DNA of 63,684 nt, counting the filler, from Nitrospiraceae bacterium (GTDB taxonomy: Bacteria > Nitrospirota > Nitrospiria > Nitrospirales > Nitrospiraceae), in assembly GCA_037442105.1 (NCBI GenBank). It is 3 parts of 3 records of this genome, joined end to end, with 100 filler letters (N's around TTAATTAATTAA, not from the genome) between each part and the next. Parts side by side here need not be neighbours in the genome. Positions count along the whole stretch, not along the records: positions 1 to 8,979 come from JBBIQV010000003.1; positions 9,080 to 38,475 come from JBBIQV010000037.1; 1 more part is not named here. One strand, written 5' to 3'. Below the pieces are notes generated by a model. It saw nothing but the letters and a program-made list of their open reading frames with translations. It did no database searches and was not told the DNA's origin. This document shows positions 1 through 10,552 of this stretch, piece by piece. Made by a program: the position numbers and the translations under genes. How positions within the stretch are numbered: position 1 is the first letter of the stretch; every line of letters starts with the position of its first letter.

Positions 1-1
1 C

Positions 2-154
2 CGGGACTTCTGGAAGGGGCGTGATTTCCGCTACCGGCGTATTGCGTTTGCACAAAAGAATCCGCTCTCCACTTTTGAGCTTCGTCAAGTACTTGGAGAG
101 ATGGGTTTTGGCTTCATGGATGTTCAGTTTAATCATGATCAAATACTAAACTAG
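2..154 (+). CDS. 3' fragment of a gene truncated by the window start
   Basis: Open frame from position 2 (RDFWKGRDFRYRR...DQILN) to TAG at 152-154, same strand as the downstream cluster; function not assignable. Confidence 0.45.
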   Translation, partial: RDFWKGRDFRYRRIAFAQKNPLSTFELRQVLGEMGFGFMDVQFNHDQILN

Positions 155-351
155 CTAGTGAACTTAGTCAAGAGACCGGCGAGTGGGTTGGTGCCGGTAT
201 GACGATGAAAGTTGGCTTTGTTCAAAAGCAGTTCACCGGATCATCGGAACGGAGCGCGGCGCGGCGCGGTGAACCTTCGGACACCATGACATGTCCTGTC
301 TGCAGGGTGCGGTCGGGGGTGCCAGCGACAATCATTTCATAATTTTCCCAC

Positions 352-1782
352 ATGGAAAATGTTTCTCATCTTAAAAGCCTTGCTGTTGCAGGTGGTAAAG
401 CGTTACTGGTTCGGCACGTTGTCGGGTTTACGATCAATTTTGCTGGCGGCGTCGTGTTGGCCCGTCTATTGGGGCCGGAAGTGCTGGGCCTGTATTTCAT
501 TTCATATACGCTTTTCCTTATTTTCCGCCAACTGATTGATTGTGGTATCGGAACACATCTGATCCGCCTTCCGTGTGAGCCAACTTCCTTCGAGCTCCGA
601 TCGGCATTTACTCTTCAGCAGTGCGTAGGAATTATCAGTGCCGTGGTCGGTCTAGCCCTTATCGGCCCATTTGCCGCAAAGTGGTATGGCCATCATGAAT
701 TGCTCTGGCTCATTGGCTCCGCGGGAATCGGAGCCTACTTTTATAGCTGGCAGAGCGTTCCGCTTGCTCTCCTAGAGAGAGGTCTGCACTATCAGAAAGT
801 GGGAGTGATTGAGGTGTCCGAATTGGTCGCTTTTAATCTAGTGGCTGTGACAGGTGCGATTGCAGGAGCGGGAATTGCGGGATTGGCTTTGGGCAATGTT
901 TTGAGGGGACTTGCCCCGGCCGTAGCGGCACGATTACTGAACAAATTGCGAATGGCCTTGCTGCTCGATTTCAGGAGTTCGCGGTCTCTGATGCTAACCG
1001 TCTCTCCTATCCTGGGCTCCAATCTCGTCGTCTGGCTCATAATGCTTGCGCCACCTGTTTTATTAGGCTCCCTTGCCGGCGTAAGAGACTTAGGGCTGGC
1101 ACAGTTGGCCTATAGTCTTTTAGGTCATACGATGGTTGTCGCTTCTATCTTTCAAAGGATCAGCCTGACAGCTCTTTCACGACTTCAGGAAGATATGGGT
1201 CGTTTCAATAAGGCGGTCCAGCAATTCTTGCATTTGCTTTCCGTCATTTACATTACTCTTACAATGGGCATCGCCTCCTTCTCGCCATGGTGGATTCCGC
1301 TGCTCTACGGAGAGCGATGGGCTGAGATGGACAGAGTCATGCTTGTTGGGGCTGTGCCTGTCACAGCCTCGGCCCTGCTATCCATCCTTCTATCAGCTCT
1401 GCTGGCCAAAGGTCAGGCATCTCTAGTCCTCAAGCAGAATATGCTTCATGCTGTGATCTACTGGGTTGTGTTGAGTGCGGCCGCTTCATCTTATAAGGCC
1501 CTTGCTGTTCCCGTTTCTCACCTTACAGCGATGTCGGCGGGATATCTGTTTCTTGCGGGTTACCATACATACTGTGGGAAGCTCGATTACAAATCTCTTG
1601 CTCTCACTTTTATGGCGGGCGTAGCGATTATGGCTCTTTCTTGGCATGCCGTGAGGGAACAAACCTTACTCCTCCCAATTGGTCTGTGGGTGATCTTTGT
1701 GTCTCTATGGGTTATTCTCTCGCAGGCAACGAGGGAGCAGCTTCTGACCGCACTTCGAGCAGTCAAGGAGGGATTCAGTTGA
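352..1782 (+). CDS. wzx: Oligosaccharide flippase (Wzx / polysaccharide biosynthesis MOP family)
   Basis: 476 aa, about 12 hydrophobic segments, N-terminal 'VLARLLGPEVLGLY' flippase motif, located in a glycosyltransferase cluster. Confidence 0.85.
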   Translation: MENVSHLKSLAVAGGKALLVRHVVGFTINFAGGVVLARLLGPEVLGLYFISYTLFLIFRQLIDCGIGTHLIRLPCEPTSFELRSAFTLQQCVGIISAVVGLALIGPFAAKWYGHHELLWLIGSAGIGAYFYSWQSVPLALLERGLHYQKVGVIEVSELVAFNLVAVTGAIAGAGIAGLALGNVLRGLAPAVAARLLNKLRMALLLDFRSSRSLMLTVSPILGSNLVVWLIMLAPPVLLGSLAGVRDLGLAQLAYSLLGHTMVVASIFQRISLTALSRLQEDMGRFNKAVQQFLHLLSVIYITLTMGIASFSPWWIPLLYGERWAEMDRVMLVGAVPVTASALLSILLSALLAKGQASLVLKQNMLHAVIYWVVLSAAASSYKALAVPVSHLTAMSAGYLFLAGYHTYCGKLDYKSLALTFMAGVAIMALSWHAVREQTLLLPIGLWVIFVSLWVILSQATREQLLTALRAVKEGFS

Positions 1783-2678
1783 GCGATTGCCCCGTTTGTG
1801 CAAGGCAAACAAACTGTGAGTTTGTCGAACAGTATGGAAGATACACTCTCCGCTATTGCCGGAATTGCTACGTGGTGTTTTCTGATCCAATGCAGAATCC
1901 CGGATCAGAATGGTATGAGCGATCCGAGATGTACACGCTTGGGAAAGCACTCAATCAGACACCGGGCTGGCATCATAAACAATTTATTCAAGATCGTGGA
2001 GCCTATGGTGAAGATCTCCTGGACGTAGGCTGTGGAACGGGGGGGTTCCTAAGCGAGGCCAGAAAGTTAGGGTATCGAGCTGTGGGTATCGATTTTGACA
2101 GGGACAATGTCGAAATAGCCCGGGAACGTTTTCACTTGGAGAGGGTCTACTGTACGTCTCTAGAATCCTTTCTGCAGGTACACACAGATAGCAAGTTTGA
2201 TGTTGTGACTTTCTTCGAGGTTTTAGAACATATGGATGATCCCAATCGTTTTATCGGCCTAGTCAAGGCGGGTCTTAAACCTGGAGGGTACATTGCTCTG
2301 AGTGTGCCGAACCGTGAGAGATTTTTGGATCCTCTTGGCGAAGGGGATTATCCTCCCAATCATCTCACTCGATGGAATGCCCTTGCGCTTCGAGCCTTCC
2401 TGGAGAAAAACGGGTTTGAGATCATCAAACTGGTCATCAAAGAATTAGGCGCTGATGATGTGGCCGGAGCGTTGAAGGCGAAACTACGCTTCCGTATTGC
2501 CCATAGAATGATCCAAAGAGGGAAAATTCATCAAGACCAAGTTCTCATTCGGAAAGCTGCAACCTTGATGAAGATAAAGGACCTTACTTTCAGGCTCATC
2601 ACAACACCGCTCACACCTCTTTTAAAAACCCTCAAGTTCCAAGGGACAGGACTGTATTGCTTGGCGAGGTTAAAGTGA
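1779..2678 (+). CDS. Class I SAM-dependent methyltransferase with N-terminal CxxC...CxxC motif
   Basis: LLDVGCGTG SAM motif, 'FEVLEHMDDP', 'PPNHLTRW'; TTG start overlaps the wzx stop. Confidence 0.85.
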   Translation: MSDCPVCARQTNCEFVEQYGRYTLRYCRNCYVVFSDPMQNPGSEWYERSEMYTLGKALNQTPGWHHKQFIQDRGAYGEDLLDVGCGTGGFLSEARKLGYRAVGIDFDRDNVEIARERFHLERVYCTSLESFLQVHTDSKFDVVTFFEVLEHMDDPNRFIGLVKAGLKPGGYIALSVPNRERFLDPLGEGDYPPNHLTRWNALALRAFLEKNGFEIIKLVIKELGADDVAGALKAKLRFRIAHRMIQRGKIHQDQVLIRKAATLMKIKDLTFRLITTPLTPLLKTLKFQGTGLYCLARLK

Positions 2679-3784
2679 GAATCGCCGTTCATGCCAAGGT
2701 GTTAAGCGAGGAGCAGCTCAATGGGATTGGAGTCTACACCTATAATGTCTTGAAGGCACTTTCGAGAATTGATACCAAAAACGACTACACGCTGTATTCG
2801 AACCAGCCCATCGTTCATCGATTGCAAGCCGAGAATTTTAATGAAAATATAGTCTCGTTTCCCGCGCTCTGGTCTTACCTTCGTTTCCCATTTGAATTCA
2901 TCAGCAATAAATATGACTTGCTTTTCGTCCCTAAAGAGATGGTGCCCCCTATCAAGAGACCCAAGACAATTGTTGTGTGTTTTGACCTCATGGGTTTGCT
3001 TTTTGCTGATCGTATTTCCATGAAAGGCAAAGTCCATTTTTGGGTCGCAACGCATTATGCACTTCACGTTGCTGACAAAATTATTGCCATATCGGAATCA
3101 ACCAAAACAGATATCATCGAAAAGTGTGGAGTAGATCCAGACAAAATCATGGTGACACCGCTAGGTTACGATGAAGAGCTCTATCAACCACGGCAGGATA
3201 AGAATTCAATCCAGAAAATAAAAGCCAAATACGGGGTAACAGCGAATTACATCCTTAATACTAGTAGCCTCTTATGGTACCGAAAGAATATACCGAGGCT
3301 TATAAAGGCCTTTCATGCCTGTAAGTCTAGAATGCACATCGATCTTCAGTTAGTCATCACAGGGAAAAAAGGGGAGGCTTACGGGGAAGTGGTTAACCTG
3401 CTACATGCGTTAGGGTTGGAAAAGGATGTGATCTTAACCGGCTATGTGCCTAGCCAGGAGATGCCCTTTCTTTTGAATGGCGCGGAAGCCCTGGTGTTTC
3501 CTTCCTTGCATGAAGGTTTCGGCCTTCCCCTTGTGGAAGCGATGGCTTGTGGCTGTCCTGTGATTACTTCCAACTGTTCTGCGATGCCTGAGGTTGTCGG
3601 TGACGCAGCGATTCTGATTGATCCGTATAATGAGGAAGAAATTGAGGCGGCCATGACAAAGGTGGTAGGCGACGCAGAGCTGAGGATACGTATGAAAGGA
3701 AAAAGTTTGGCACGGGCCAGGCAGTTTTCTTGGGAACGAACCGCGAGGAAGACATTAAAGGTGTTTGAGAGCTTGAGAGGGTAG
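2675..3784 (+). CDS. Glycosyltransferase family 4
   Basis: 'FPSLHEGFGLPLVEAMACGCPV' GT4 signature; GTGA overlap with upstream gene. Confidence 0.9.
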   Translation: MRIAVHAKVLSEEQLNGIGVYTYNVLKALSRIDTKNDYTLYSNQPIVHRLQAENFNENIVSFPALWSYLRFPFEFISNKYDLLFVPKEMVPPIKRPKTIVVCFDLMGLLFADRISMKGKVHFWVATHYALHVADKIIAISESTKTDIIEKCGVDPDKIMVTPLGYDEELYQPRQDKNSIQKIKAKYGVTANYILNTSSLLWYRKNIPRLIKAFHACKSRMHIDLQLVITGKKGEAYGEVVNLLHALGLEKDVILTGYVPSQEMPFLLNGAEALVFPSLHEGFGLPLVEAMACGCPVITSNCSAMPEVVGDAAILIDPYNEEEIEAAMTKVVGDAELRIRMKGKSLARARQFSWERTARKTLKVFESLRG

Positions 3785-3793
3785 TCAAAAGAA

Positions 3794-5008
3794 GTGGCAA
3801 ATCTTCGCGTCGTGTTCGTTTGGCATGCGGCTGTGGAGCCAGAGTACCGAAAACTCTTGGCTGCGATTGCGGATTGCGGCGTGGATTTGCTTGCGATCGT
3901 TCCCACAGCATGGACTGAAGGGGGCAAGCTTCTTAAAGTTCGTTCTATGGCTTCTGATAAGGGGTGCCGGATTGAGGCCTTGGCTGCTCTTGGCCGCGAT
4001 CGGGTGAAGCGCTTCTTCTACCCAAACATCCCACGCTTGGCCTCGCTGCTCCGGAGCTTTTCCCCGGATGTGCTCCATGTTTTCGAGGAACCGTATAGTC
4101 TCTGCACCTTCGAGATCCTGCTTCTCAAAAAGCTTGTTGCTTCTAAGGCGCGGGTTGTGATTCACACGTTTGAGAATCTACCGACCGACCATGGAGTCCC
4201 ATTTGCTGCTTCCGAACGGTTCTGCTTTAAGCATGCTGACGCTTTCATCAGCGTTCCCGAAGAGGGAATCAATGTGCTGAGAAGTAAAGGGTATCGGGGG
4301 CCAATTCATTGCATCCCAATTGGCTTAGATGCAAATAAGTTTTACCGCAGAAATAACCCCTTTGATGATCTGGCCTTCCTCGAAGCGGATTTATTGAACG
4401 CGTTAAGAGCGGACACGTTCAAGATTGCCTACGTGGGGCGGTTAGTGCCGGAAAAGGGCGTTGATCTCCTTGCCGAGGCAGTGGCCTCGTTGCGGGCCAA
4501 GGGGATGGACCTTGTCTTGTTCATCGTCGGAGCAGGGCAGTGGAAACGAGACCTTGAACGCCTGGTTGAACAGAAGGGGATCGGGAAACAGACCTTTTTC
4601 CTTGCCCCGCTCCAGAGTTCGGCACTTTCAGCTTTCTTGTCTTGTATGAATACCTTGGTTCTTCCCTCGCGAAGTACGGGACGATGGAAGGAGCAGTTTG
4701 GGCGGGTGCTGATCGAGGCGATGGCGTGTGGTGTCCCGGTGGTGGGATCCTCTTCCGGAGAGATTCCAAATGTGATCGGCGAAGGCGGTCTTATTTTTAA
4801 GGAGGGCGATGTAGAGGATCTCGTGGCAAGGCTCTCACTGCTGGCCGGTGATGATGTCCTGCGAAAAAGGCTCGCTGCAAAAGGGCGAGCGCGCGTTCTG
4901 GAGCGATTCACTCACGAAAAGGTCGCCGACGGGATTGTATCCTGCTACAAAGAGATCCTCCGCGAAGCAGTTCATCACACATCTGCCGATGAGGCATTAC
5001 GCGTTTAA
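3794..5008 (+). CDS. Glycosyltransferase family 4
   Basis: 'YVGRLVPEKG' and 'KEQFGRVLIEAMACGVPV'. Confidence 0.9.
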   Translation: MANLRVVFVWHAAVEPEYRKLLAAIADCGVDLLAIVPTAWTEGGKLLKVRSMASDKGCRIEALAALGRDRVKRFFYPNIPRLASLLRSFSPDVLHVFEEPYSLCTFEILLLKKLVASKARVVIHTFENLPTDHGVPFAASERFCFKHADAFISVPEEGINVLRSKGYRGPIHCIPIGLDANKFYRRNNPFDDLAFLEADLLNALRADTFKIAYVGRLVPEKGVDLLAEAVASLRAKGMDLVLFIVGAGQWKRDLERLVEQKGIGKQTFFLAPLQSSALSAFLSCMNTLVLPSRSTGRWKEQFGRVLIEAMACGVPVVGSSSGEIPNVIGEGGLIFKEGDVEDLVARLSLLAGDDVLRKRLAAKGRARVLERFTHEKVADGIVSCYKEILREAVHHTSADEALRV

Positions 5009-6155
5009 ACGGAAGACGTGGATCATTTTGATCCACGCCATAGATACGATGGGGGACTTGGCTGTTGCGCTGGGACGGAGAATCTTCCCACGCTACGCTC
5101 CAGTGGACGCCACAACCCTCCGGCGAACCGAATTCGCCAACATTCTAGCCGTCCGTCTCGACCATGCAGGGGATGTGTTGCTCGTGCTCCCTGCCCTCCG
5201 AGCCATTCGGGAGCGATTTCCAAAAGCCCGTGTCTCGGTTCTGGCTGCCTCGTGGAGTCTGGAACTATTGGAGGCTCAGGATTGCATAGATCATGTTTTA
5301 ACCTTCGATGCGCCATGGTTTGCTAGAGGACACCATGGGGCGGGGTGGTGGAGTGCGATACCGCTGCTGCTTCGCCTCCGGCGAGAGCGGTTCGATCTGG
5401 CTCTTGAATTCCGAGGTGATATCAGGCATAGCCTTATTCTCTGGCTTGCAGGCATAAGAGTGCGGATCGGCTATGGCGTGACCGGAGGGGGCTTCCTCTT
5501 GACACACGAGCTGGTTCATGCACCAGGGCAACACGAATCGGAGTATGATCTTGACCTGGTCCGATACCTCGGATGGCAGGGACACATAACAGTCAAGCCG
5601 TTTGAGCTTAAGCAAGAGGATATCCAGTTCGCTGATCGTCTCTTCGCAAGTCTAGGGTGGACTGCTGACAACGTTCTGGTGATTCATCCCGGTGCGGGGT
5701 TGCGATGGAAGCGTTGGCCACTCGACCGGTTTCAGAGGACCGCTGTCTGGGCACGTGAGCAACTTGGCGCCCAAATTCTCGTTGTGGGCGGGGGAAGTGA
5801 GTCCAACTTGGGAGAAACAGTCGCGTCAGGTTCTGAAGAGATCATCAATTTATGCGGGCAACTCACATTGCGCCAACTTGCTTCCGTGCTTTCGAAGTCA
5901 CGCGCTTTCCTTGGCAATGACTCGGCCCCAGCGCACATAGCTGCCGCCTATATTCCAGCTATTGTGATCTTCAGTGGGGCGAATGATCCTGACCGATGGG
6001 GTCCGCTGGGCTCTGGTGTGACCGCCCTGTATCACCCTGAAGCCTGCGGTACCTGTCCGCGCAACACTTGTCCGACAATGAAATGCCTCGATGCAGTGGC
6101 TGTTGAGGAGGTTGTTCGCGCGCTCCGCCACATCTGGGAGCCTACGGTTCGATGA
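4989..6155 (+). CDS. Glycosyltransferase family 9 (heptosyltransferase-like)
   Basis: 'RLDHAGDVLL', 'IHPGAG..KRWP', 'GNDSAPAHIAAA', C-terminal Cys cluster. Confidence 0.88.
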   Translation: MRHYAFKRKTWIILIHAIDTMGDLAVALGRRIFPRYAPVDATTLRRTEFANILAVRLDHAGDVLLVLPALRAIRERFPKARVSVLAASWSLELLEAQDCIDHVLTFDAPWFARGHHGAGWWSAIPLLLRLRRERFDLALEFRGDIRHSLILWLAGIRVRIGYGVTGGGFLLTHELVHAPGQHESEYDLDLVRYLGWQGHITVKPFELKQEDIQFADRLFASLGWTADNVLVIHPGAGLRWKRWPLDRFQRTAVWAREQLGAQILVVGGGSESNLGETVASGSEEIINLCGQLTLRQLASVLSKSRAFLGNDSAPAHIAAAYIPAIVIFSGANDPDRWGPLGSGVTALYHPEACGTCPRNTCPTMKCLDAVAVEEVVRALRHIWEPTVR

Positions 6156-7270
6156 GAATTGGTGTGGACTGTAGGGTGATTGGCTCACAAATGCACGGCA
6201 TCGCGAGGCATTGCCTGAATCTCGTCCGCGCTTTTGTGGAGCTAGACGATGTGAATAGTTATGTTCTGCTTGTCTCGAGAGCGTGCCCCAGGGAGCTATT
6301 GCCGGTCGGCCATCAGGTAACTATCCAGCAATGCGATCTTCCGTTGTACGGCGTGAGGGAACAGCTACGACTTCCGGTCCTTCTCCGGCGCATGAAGCTG
6401 GACCTGTTCCATTCACCAACCTTCATCGCTCCCGTACTCCAGGTATGTCCGACAATAATGACGATCCATGATCTTATCCATATCTTGTTTCCGGAGGATT
6501 ACACGCTATACCACCGTTTCTACTATCAGATAGTCGTCAGAGCCGTTGCTCAACGTGCCGCCCGGGTGCTTACAGTCTCGGAGGCATCAAGGAGGGACAT
6601 CATTCGTCTGCTCCAAGTCGAAGGTGACAGGATAGTCTGCATCTCAAATGGAGTTGAATCCGGATTTCATCCTGCTTCGCAGCCAGATGCTACCCGAAAA
6701 GCATTGCGCGAAAAATGGGCGATCGATGGCTCCTTCATTTTCTGGGCTGGTAACCCTCGACCGCATAAGAACTTGCTTGGGGCCCTGCAAGTGTTTCAGG
6801 AAGTTCGTCGTGATTATCCTCGCCGACTTAGCTTGGTCGTTCATGGCGTATCAGAGGATGAGGCATTCCGAATAGCCGGCTGTTTGGCACCGCTGGATGG
6901 CGTCCTTTTCATCAATCGACTCGCCGATGAAGATATGGTCGAACTCTACAGCTTGGCGGAACTCTTTCTCAGTTTATCCCATTACGAAGGGTTCTGCTTG
7001 CCCGTCCTCGAAGCCATGGCCTGTGGCGCACCAATTGTGGCGTCGAACATTCCAGCAATAGCCGAAACAACGGCTGGCGCGGCCCTTCTTGTTGACCCTT
7101 GCGACACACCACTGGTGGCGAAGACTATCCGCATGGTGTTGGAAGACCGCGAGCTTCAGACCGAGATGCGGAAGAAAGGGCGCGAAAGATCCCGTATGTT
7201 CACGTGGAGGCGAGTGGCCGAACGGGTCCTAGCTCTGCATGGGGAGATTATGACGGGAGCGCTCCGTTGA
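6152..7270 (+). CDS. Glycosyltransferase family 4
   Basis: 'TIHDLIH', 'PHKNL', 'YEGFCLPVLEAMACGAP'. Confidence 0.9.
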   Translation: MRIGVDCRVIGSQMHGIARHCLNLVRAFVELDDVNSYVLLVSRACPRELLPVGHQVTIQQCDLPLYGVREQLRLPVLLRRMKLDLFHSPTFIAPVLQVCPTIMTIHDLIHILFPEDYTLYHRFYYQIVVRAVAQRAARVLTVSEASRRDIIRLLQVEGDRIVCISNGVESGFHPASQPDATRKALREKWAIDGSFIFWAGNPRPHKNLLGALQVFQEVRRDYPRRLSLVVHGVSEDEAFRIAGCLAPLDGVLFINRLADEDMVELYSLAELFLSLSHYEGFCLPVLEAMACGAPIVASNIPAIAETTAGAALLVDPCDTPLVAKTIRMVLEDRELQTEMRKKGRERSRMFTWRRVAERVLALHGEIMTGALR

Positions 7271-8476
7271 AAGTTGCGATCGTGCACGACTGGCTGACCG
7301 CTATGCGGGGCGGGGAACGGTGCCTGGAGGTGTTCTGCGAGCTGTTCCCCGATGCGGACATTCTCACCCTTGTCCATGTGAGGGGAGCAGTTTCTCCGAC
7401 TATCGAAAAGCATCCGATCCGAACGAGTTTCATTCAGAGCCTGCCGTACGGTGTCTCGCGCTACCGGTACTACCTTCCGCTGTTCCCATCGGCGATCCGA
7501 TCCTTTGATTTATCCGGTTACGATCTCATCCTGAGTTCGAGTTCCTGCGTGGCCAAGGGTGTCCTGGCCCCACCGCACGCATGTCACGTGTCCTATGTCT
7601 ATACGCCGATGCGGTATATCTGGGATCAGTATGACGCCTACTTCAGCGCCGGGCGTTCGGGTTGGTTATCGAGAAGTGGCATGGGCGCGGTCCGCCGTCG
7701 CCTTCGAGAGTGGGACGTTTCATCCAATAGCAGTATCCATTCACTGCTCACCATTTCCAATTTTGTGGCCGGAAGGATCAAGCAGTATTGGGGTCTCGAT
7801 GCGACTGTCGTCTATCCACCGGTGGACTGGCATGCATTTCGGGCGTCCACCAGGGACGACGGTTATGACTTGATAGTGGGCGCCTTTGCGCCCTACAAGC
7901 GGATGGATCTCGCCATCGAGGCGTTCAATCGAATGCGGAAGCCCTTAAAAATTATTGGCAGCGGACAGGACGAGCGGCGGCTTCGACGAATCGCAGGACC
8001 TACTGTGGACATGCTGGGCTGGCAGCCGGATCATGTCGTCCGCGAGTATTATGAGCGATGTCGTGCTCTGATCTTTCCCTCCGAAGAGGATTTTGGAATT
8101 GTGCCGCTCGAGGCGATGGCTTGCGGGAAACCTGTGATTGCCTACGGCAGAGGAGGTGCAGTGGAGACTGTGGTGCCCATCAATCAGCAGGAGGCAAAGG
8201 ACAAGAGGCAAGAGGCATTGAGCAGCAGCGTGGCGGGATCAAATCTCGAACCACGTGCCCGGAGCCGCGTGCCTCCTACAGGGGGTGTTCTTCTATGAGC
8301 AAACAGTTGAGGCGCTTACCCAGGCGATTCACGTGTTTGAGCGTCATCGAGGAGACTTTGACCCGCACGCGATTCGTGCGCATGTGGCGCCTTTTGACCG
8401 GATGCACTTTAAAGATACAATGCGAGCCTTGATCCAACAGACCTACTTGGCTTTTCAGCAGAAAAGATCATGCTGA
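7267..8476 (+). pseudogene. Glycosyltransferase family 4 with a +1 frameshift at G5 (8281-8285); real or a sequencing error
   Basis: 'KVAIVHDWLTAMRGGE' and 'EEDFGIVPLEAMACGKPV' in the first frame (stop 8298); the typical continuation '(T)GVFFYEQTVEAL...' lies in another frame ending at 8476; deleting one G restores one ORF. Confidence 0.8.
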
Positions 8477-8979
8477 AGCAGCACGCGAGATTTCTTCAGA
8501 GTCTTCTGCTCATCTTCGATCTGACCGTGATCTCTGCCTCTTGGGTCACGGCCTACTATTTGCGCTTTCTGGAAGGTCTGGCGCCGGTCGATAAAGGCAT
8601 CCCACCCTTCTCCATCTATCTGTGGCTGCTTGCTCCCATCGTCTTGGTGTGGGGAGTCTGTTTTAAGACGTTCAACCTCTACCGGCCCCGGCGCATGGGC
8701 TCCCACCTGGCGGAGTTTCTCGATATCGCCAAAGCCAACACGCTTTCGGTTCTGGTCCTGATTTCCCTCACCTTTTTTGTCCGTCAGTTTGACTACTCCC
8801 GTCTGGTGTTTCTCTATTTTTGGCTACTCAACCTTTTGGCGCTGGGTTTCTCGAGGATGTTGTTTCGGGAAGGACTGCGGTTTTTGCGAAAGCAGGGATA
8901 CAATCAGCGGCACTGCCTCATTATTGGCGCGGGGAGACTCGGCCAGCAAATCGCGCATTCCCTTTCGCTCCATCCGGAA
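8470..8979 (+). CDS. Undecaprenyl-phosphate glucose phosphotransferase (WcaJ/WbaP-like priming GT), 5' part only
   Basis: Four N-terminal TM helices, 'YSRLVF', then 'LIIGAG' Rossmann-like start; truncated by contig end. Confidence 0.8.
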
Positions 8980-9079
8980 NNNNNNNNNNNNNNNNNNNNN
9001 NNNNNNNNNNNNNNNNNNNNNNNTTAATTAATTAANNNNNNNNNNNNNNNNNNNNNNNNNNNNNNNNNNNNNNNNNNNN
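8980..9079. other. Artificial contig linker
   Basis: N-run, TTAATTAATTAA (stops in all six frames), N-run; 100 nt in total. Confidence 0.98.
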
Positions 9080-9373
9080 GGCGCGTCCGGCCAACCGCTG
9101 CAGCATCCTCCGAGCCTCATCCTCGTTAGCCGGCTTACCCAGAATGTCCTCATCACAGGCGATCAAGGTGTCGCTGCCGAGTACCAATGCGCCAGGATTG
9201 TGCATAGCACAAGACCTGGCTTTGCCTCGCGCGAATGCTTGCACCTGTTCCTCGACAGACCGGTCGGACCGCACGACTTCGTCAAAAGCGGGGGCGATGA
9301 CCTCGAAGGGGATTTGAAGGAGACCGAGGAGTTCCTTTCGGCGGGGAGAGGTCGAAGCCAAAATGAGCCGCAT
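9080..9373 (-). CDS. maf: Maf family nucleoside triphosphate pyrophosphatase (truncated by contig end)
   Basis: 'LILASTSPRRKELL', 'LGSDT', 'ILGKP' Maf motifs. Confidence 0.92.
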
Positions 9374-9376
9374 GTG

Positions 9377-10552
9377 TTAGGAGAGAACCGGGGCTGAGGG
9401 GACTGGCTCACAGCAGGCGGTCGCACACGCTTCTCCTGAAATGTTGGGCCACGACTCTTCGATCACCTGGGCGACCTCGGCGGCGGAAGAGACCTGGAAC
9501 ATTCGCGCCCGAAGTGAAGCAGCATGGGGAAACCCCTTGCAGTACCATCCCAGATGTTTCCGCATGCGACGGAACTGACCCTGCCCGCACAGAAGTTCGA
9601 ACTGTCGAGCATGCTCCAGCATCACACCCATCCGTTCGCGCAAGCTTACCGGTTCCTCAAACAATTCCGCGTTGGCCCGTCCGTCGGCCACTCCGACATG
9701 TATTACCCGACGCACCCGCTCCTTTGCTCGGAAGAACCACGGAGTCCCCAGCGCTCCGCGCCCGACCAATACACCATGAACCTCGCACTCCATCACCCGC
9801 CGCGCTATATCGCACCAACTCTGGACATCGCCGTTCCCCAAGATCAGCGTGCTCGTGCCACGTGCCACGCGAACCGCCCGGGCGATGGCAGACCAGTCCG
9901 CTTCGCCGCGATACATCTGCTCGAGCGTCCGGCCGTGAATCGAGATGGCCGCCGGTTCTTCCTTCAACAAATGGGCCACCCAGTCCTCGATGACGACCGA
10001 GTCGTAGCCTAGGCGGGTTTTGACCGAGAGGGGAATCCATCTCCGGACCGGGGTCTCCACGCCGGTGCGCCCGCGGTTCATCACCCGGAGTAGTTCCGCT
10101 CGCGCAGGCTTGAGACCAGCTTCTTCGGGGGATTGGCCTGCGACCCAGTCGTCGATTCCTTGTTTGGCCGCGCGCATGATGGCATGGGCAAGCTCCGGCG
10201 TCCGGATGAGCCCGGCACCGGCTCCTGAGGCCGCGACACTCCGTGAGGGACAGCCCATATTGATATCGAGCCCGTCGAACCCCAGTTCGCAAACCATGTG
10301 AGCCGCGATGTAAAAGAGAGCGGGATCCTTGCCATAGAGTTGCGCCACAGCCGGTCGTTCCTGCTCGCTATAGAGCAACGTCGACAGAAGAAATTCGGGA
10401 CCGCGACAGACATCGTGAACATTCGTGAATTCCGTGAAGGTGATGTCCGGCCGGCCTTGTGCTGACACCACGCGGCGGAACGTTGCATCGGTGACGCCGT
10501 CCATCGGCGCCAATCCAATGATGGGGTGAGGAAGAGAGGCCCAAAAGTTCAT
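9377..10552 (-). CDS. dus: tRNA-dihydrouridine synthase family protein
   Basis: 'LAPMDGVTD', 'DINMGCP', 'SVKTRLG', 'IHGRT', 'GNGDV', 'RKHLGWY'. Confidence 0.92.
   Translation of the reverse strand: MNFWASLPHPIIGLAPMDGVTDATFRRVVSAQGRPDITFTEFTNVHDVCRGPEFLLSTLLYSEQERPAVAQLYGKDPALFYIAAHMVCELGFDGLDINMGCPSRSVAASGAGAGLIRTPELAHAIMRAAKQGIDDWVAGQSPEEAGLKPARAELLRVMNRGRTGVETPVRRWIPLSVKTRLGYDSVVIEDWVAHLLKEEPAAISIHGRTLEQMYRGEADWSAIARAVRVARGTSTLILGNGDVQSWCDIARRVMECEVHGVLVGRGALGTPWFFRAKERVRRVIHVGVADGRANAELFEEPVSLRERMGVMLEHARQFELLCGQGQFRRMRKHLGWYCKGFPHAASLRARMFQVSSAAEVAQVIEESWPNISGEACATACCEPVPSAPVLS

Noticed and set aside
8980..9079. TTAATTAATTAA palindrome within N runs (also 38476-38575) and ORFs running into them
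   Set aside because: Identical 100-nt artificial linkers; not biological, and adjacency across them is meaningless
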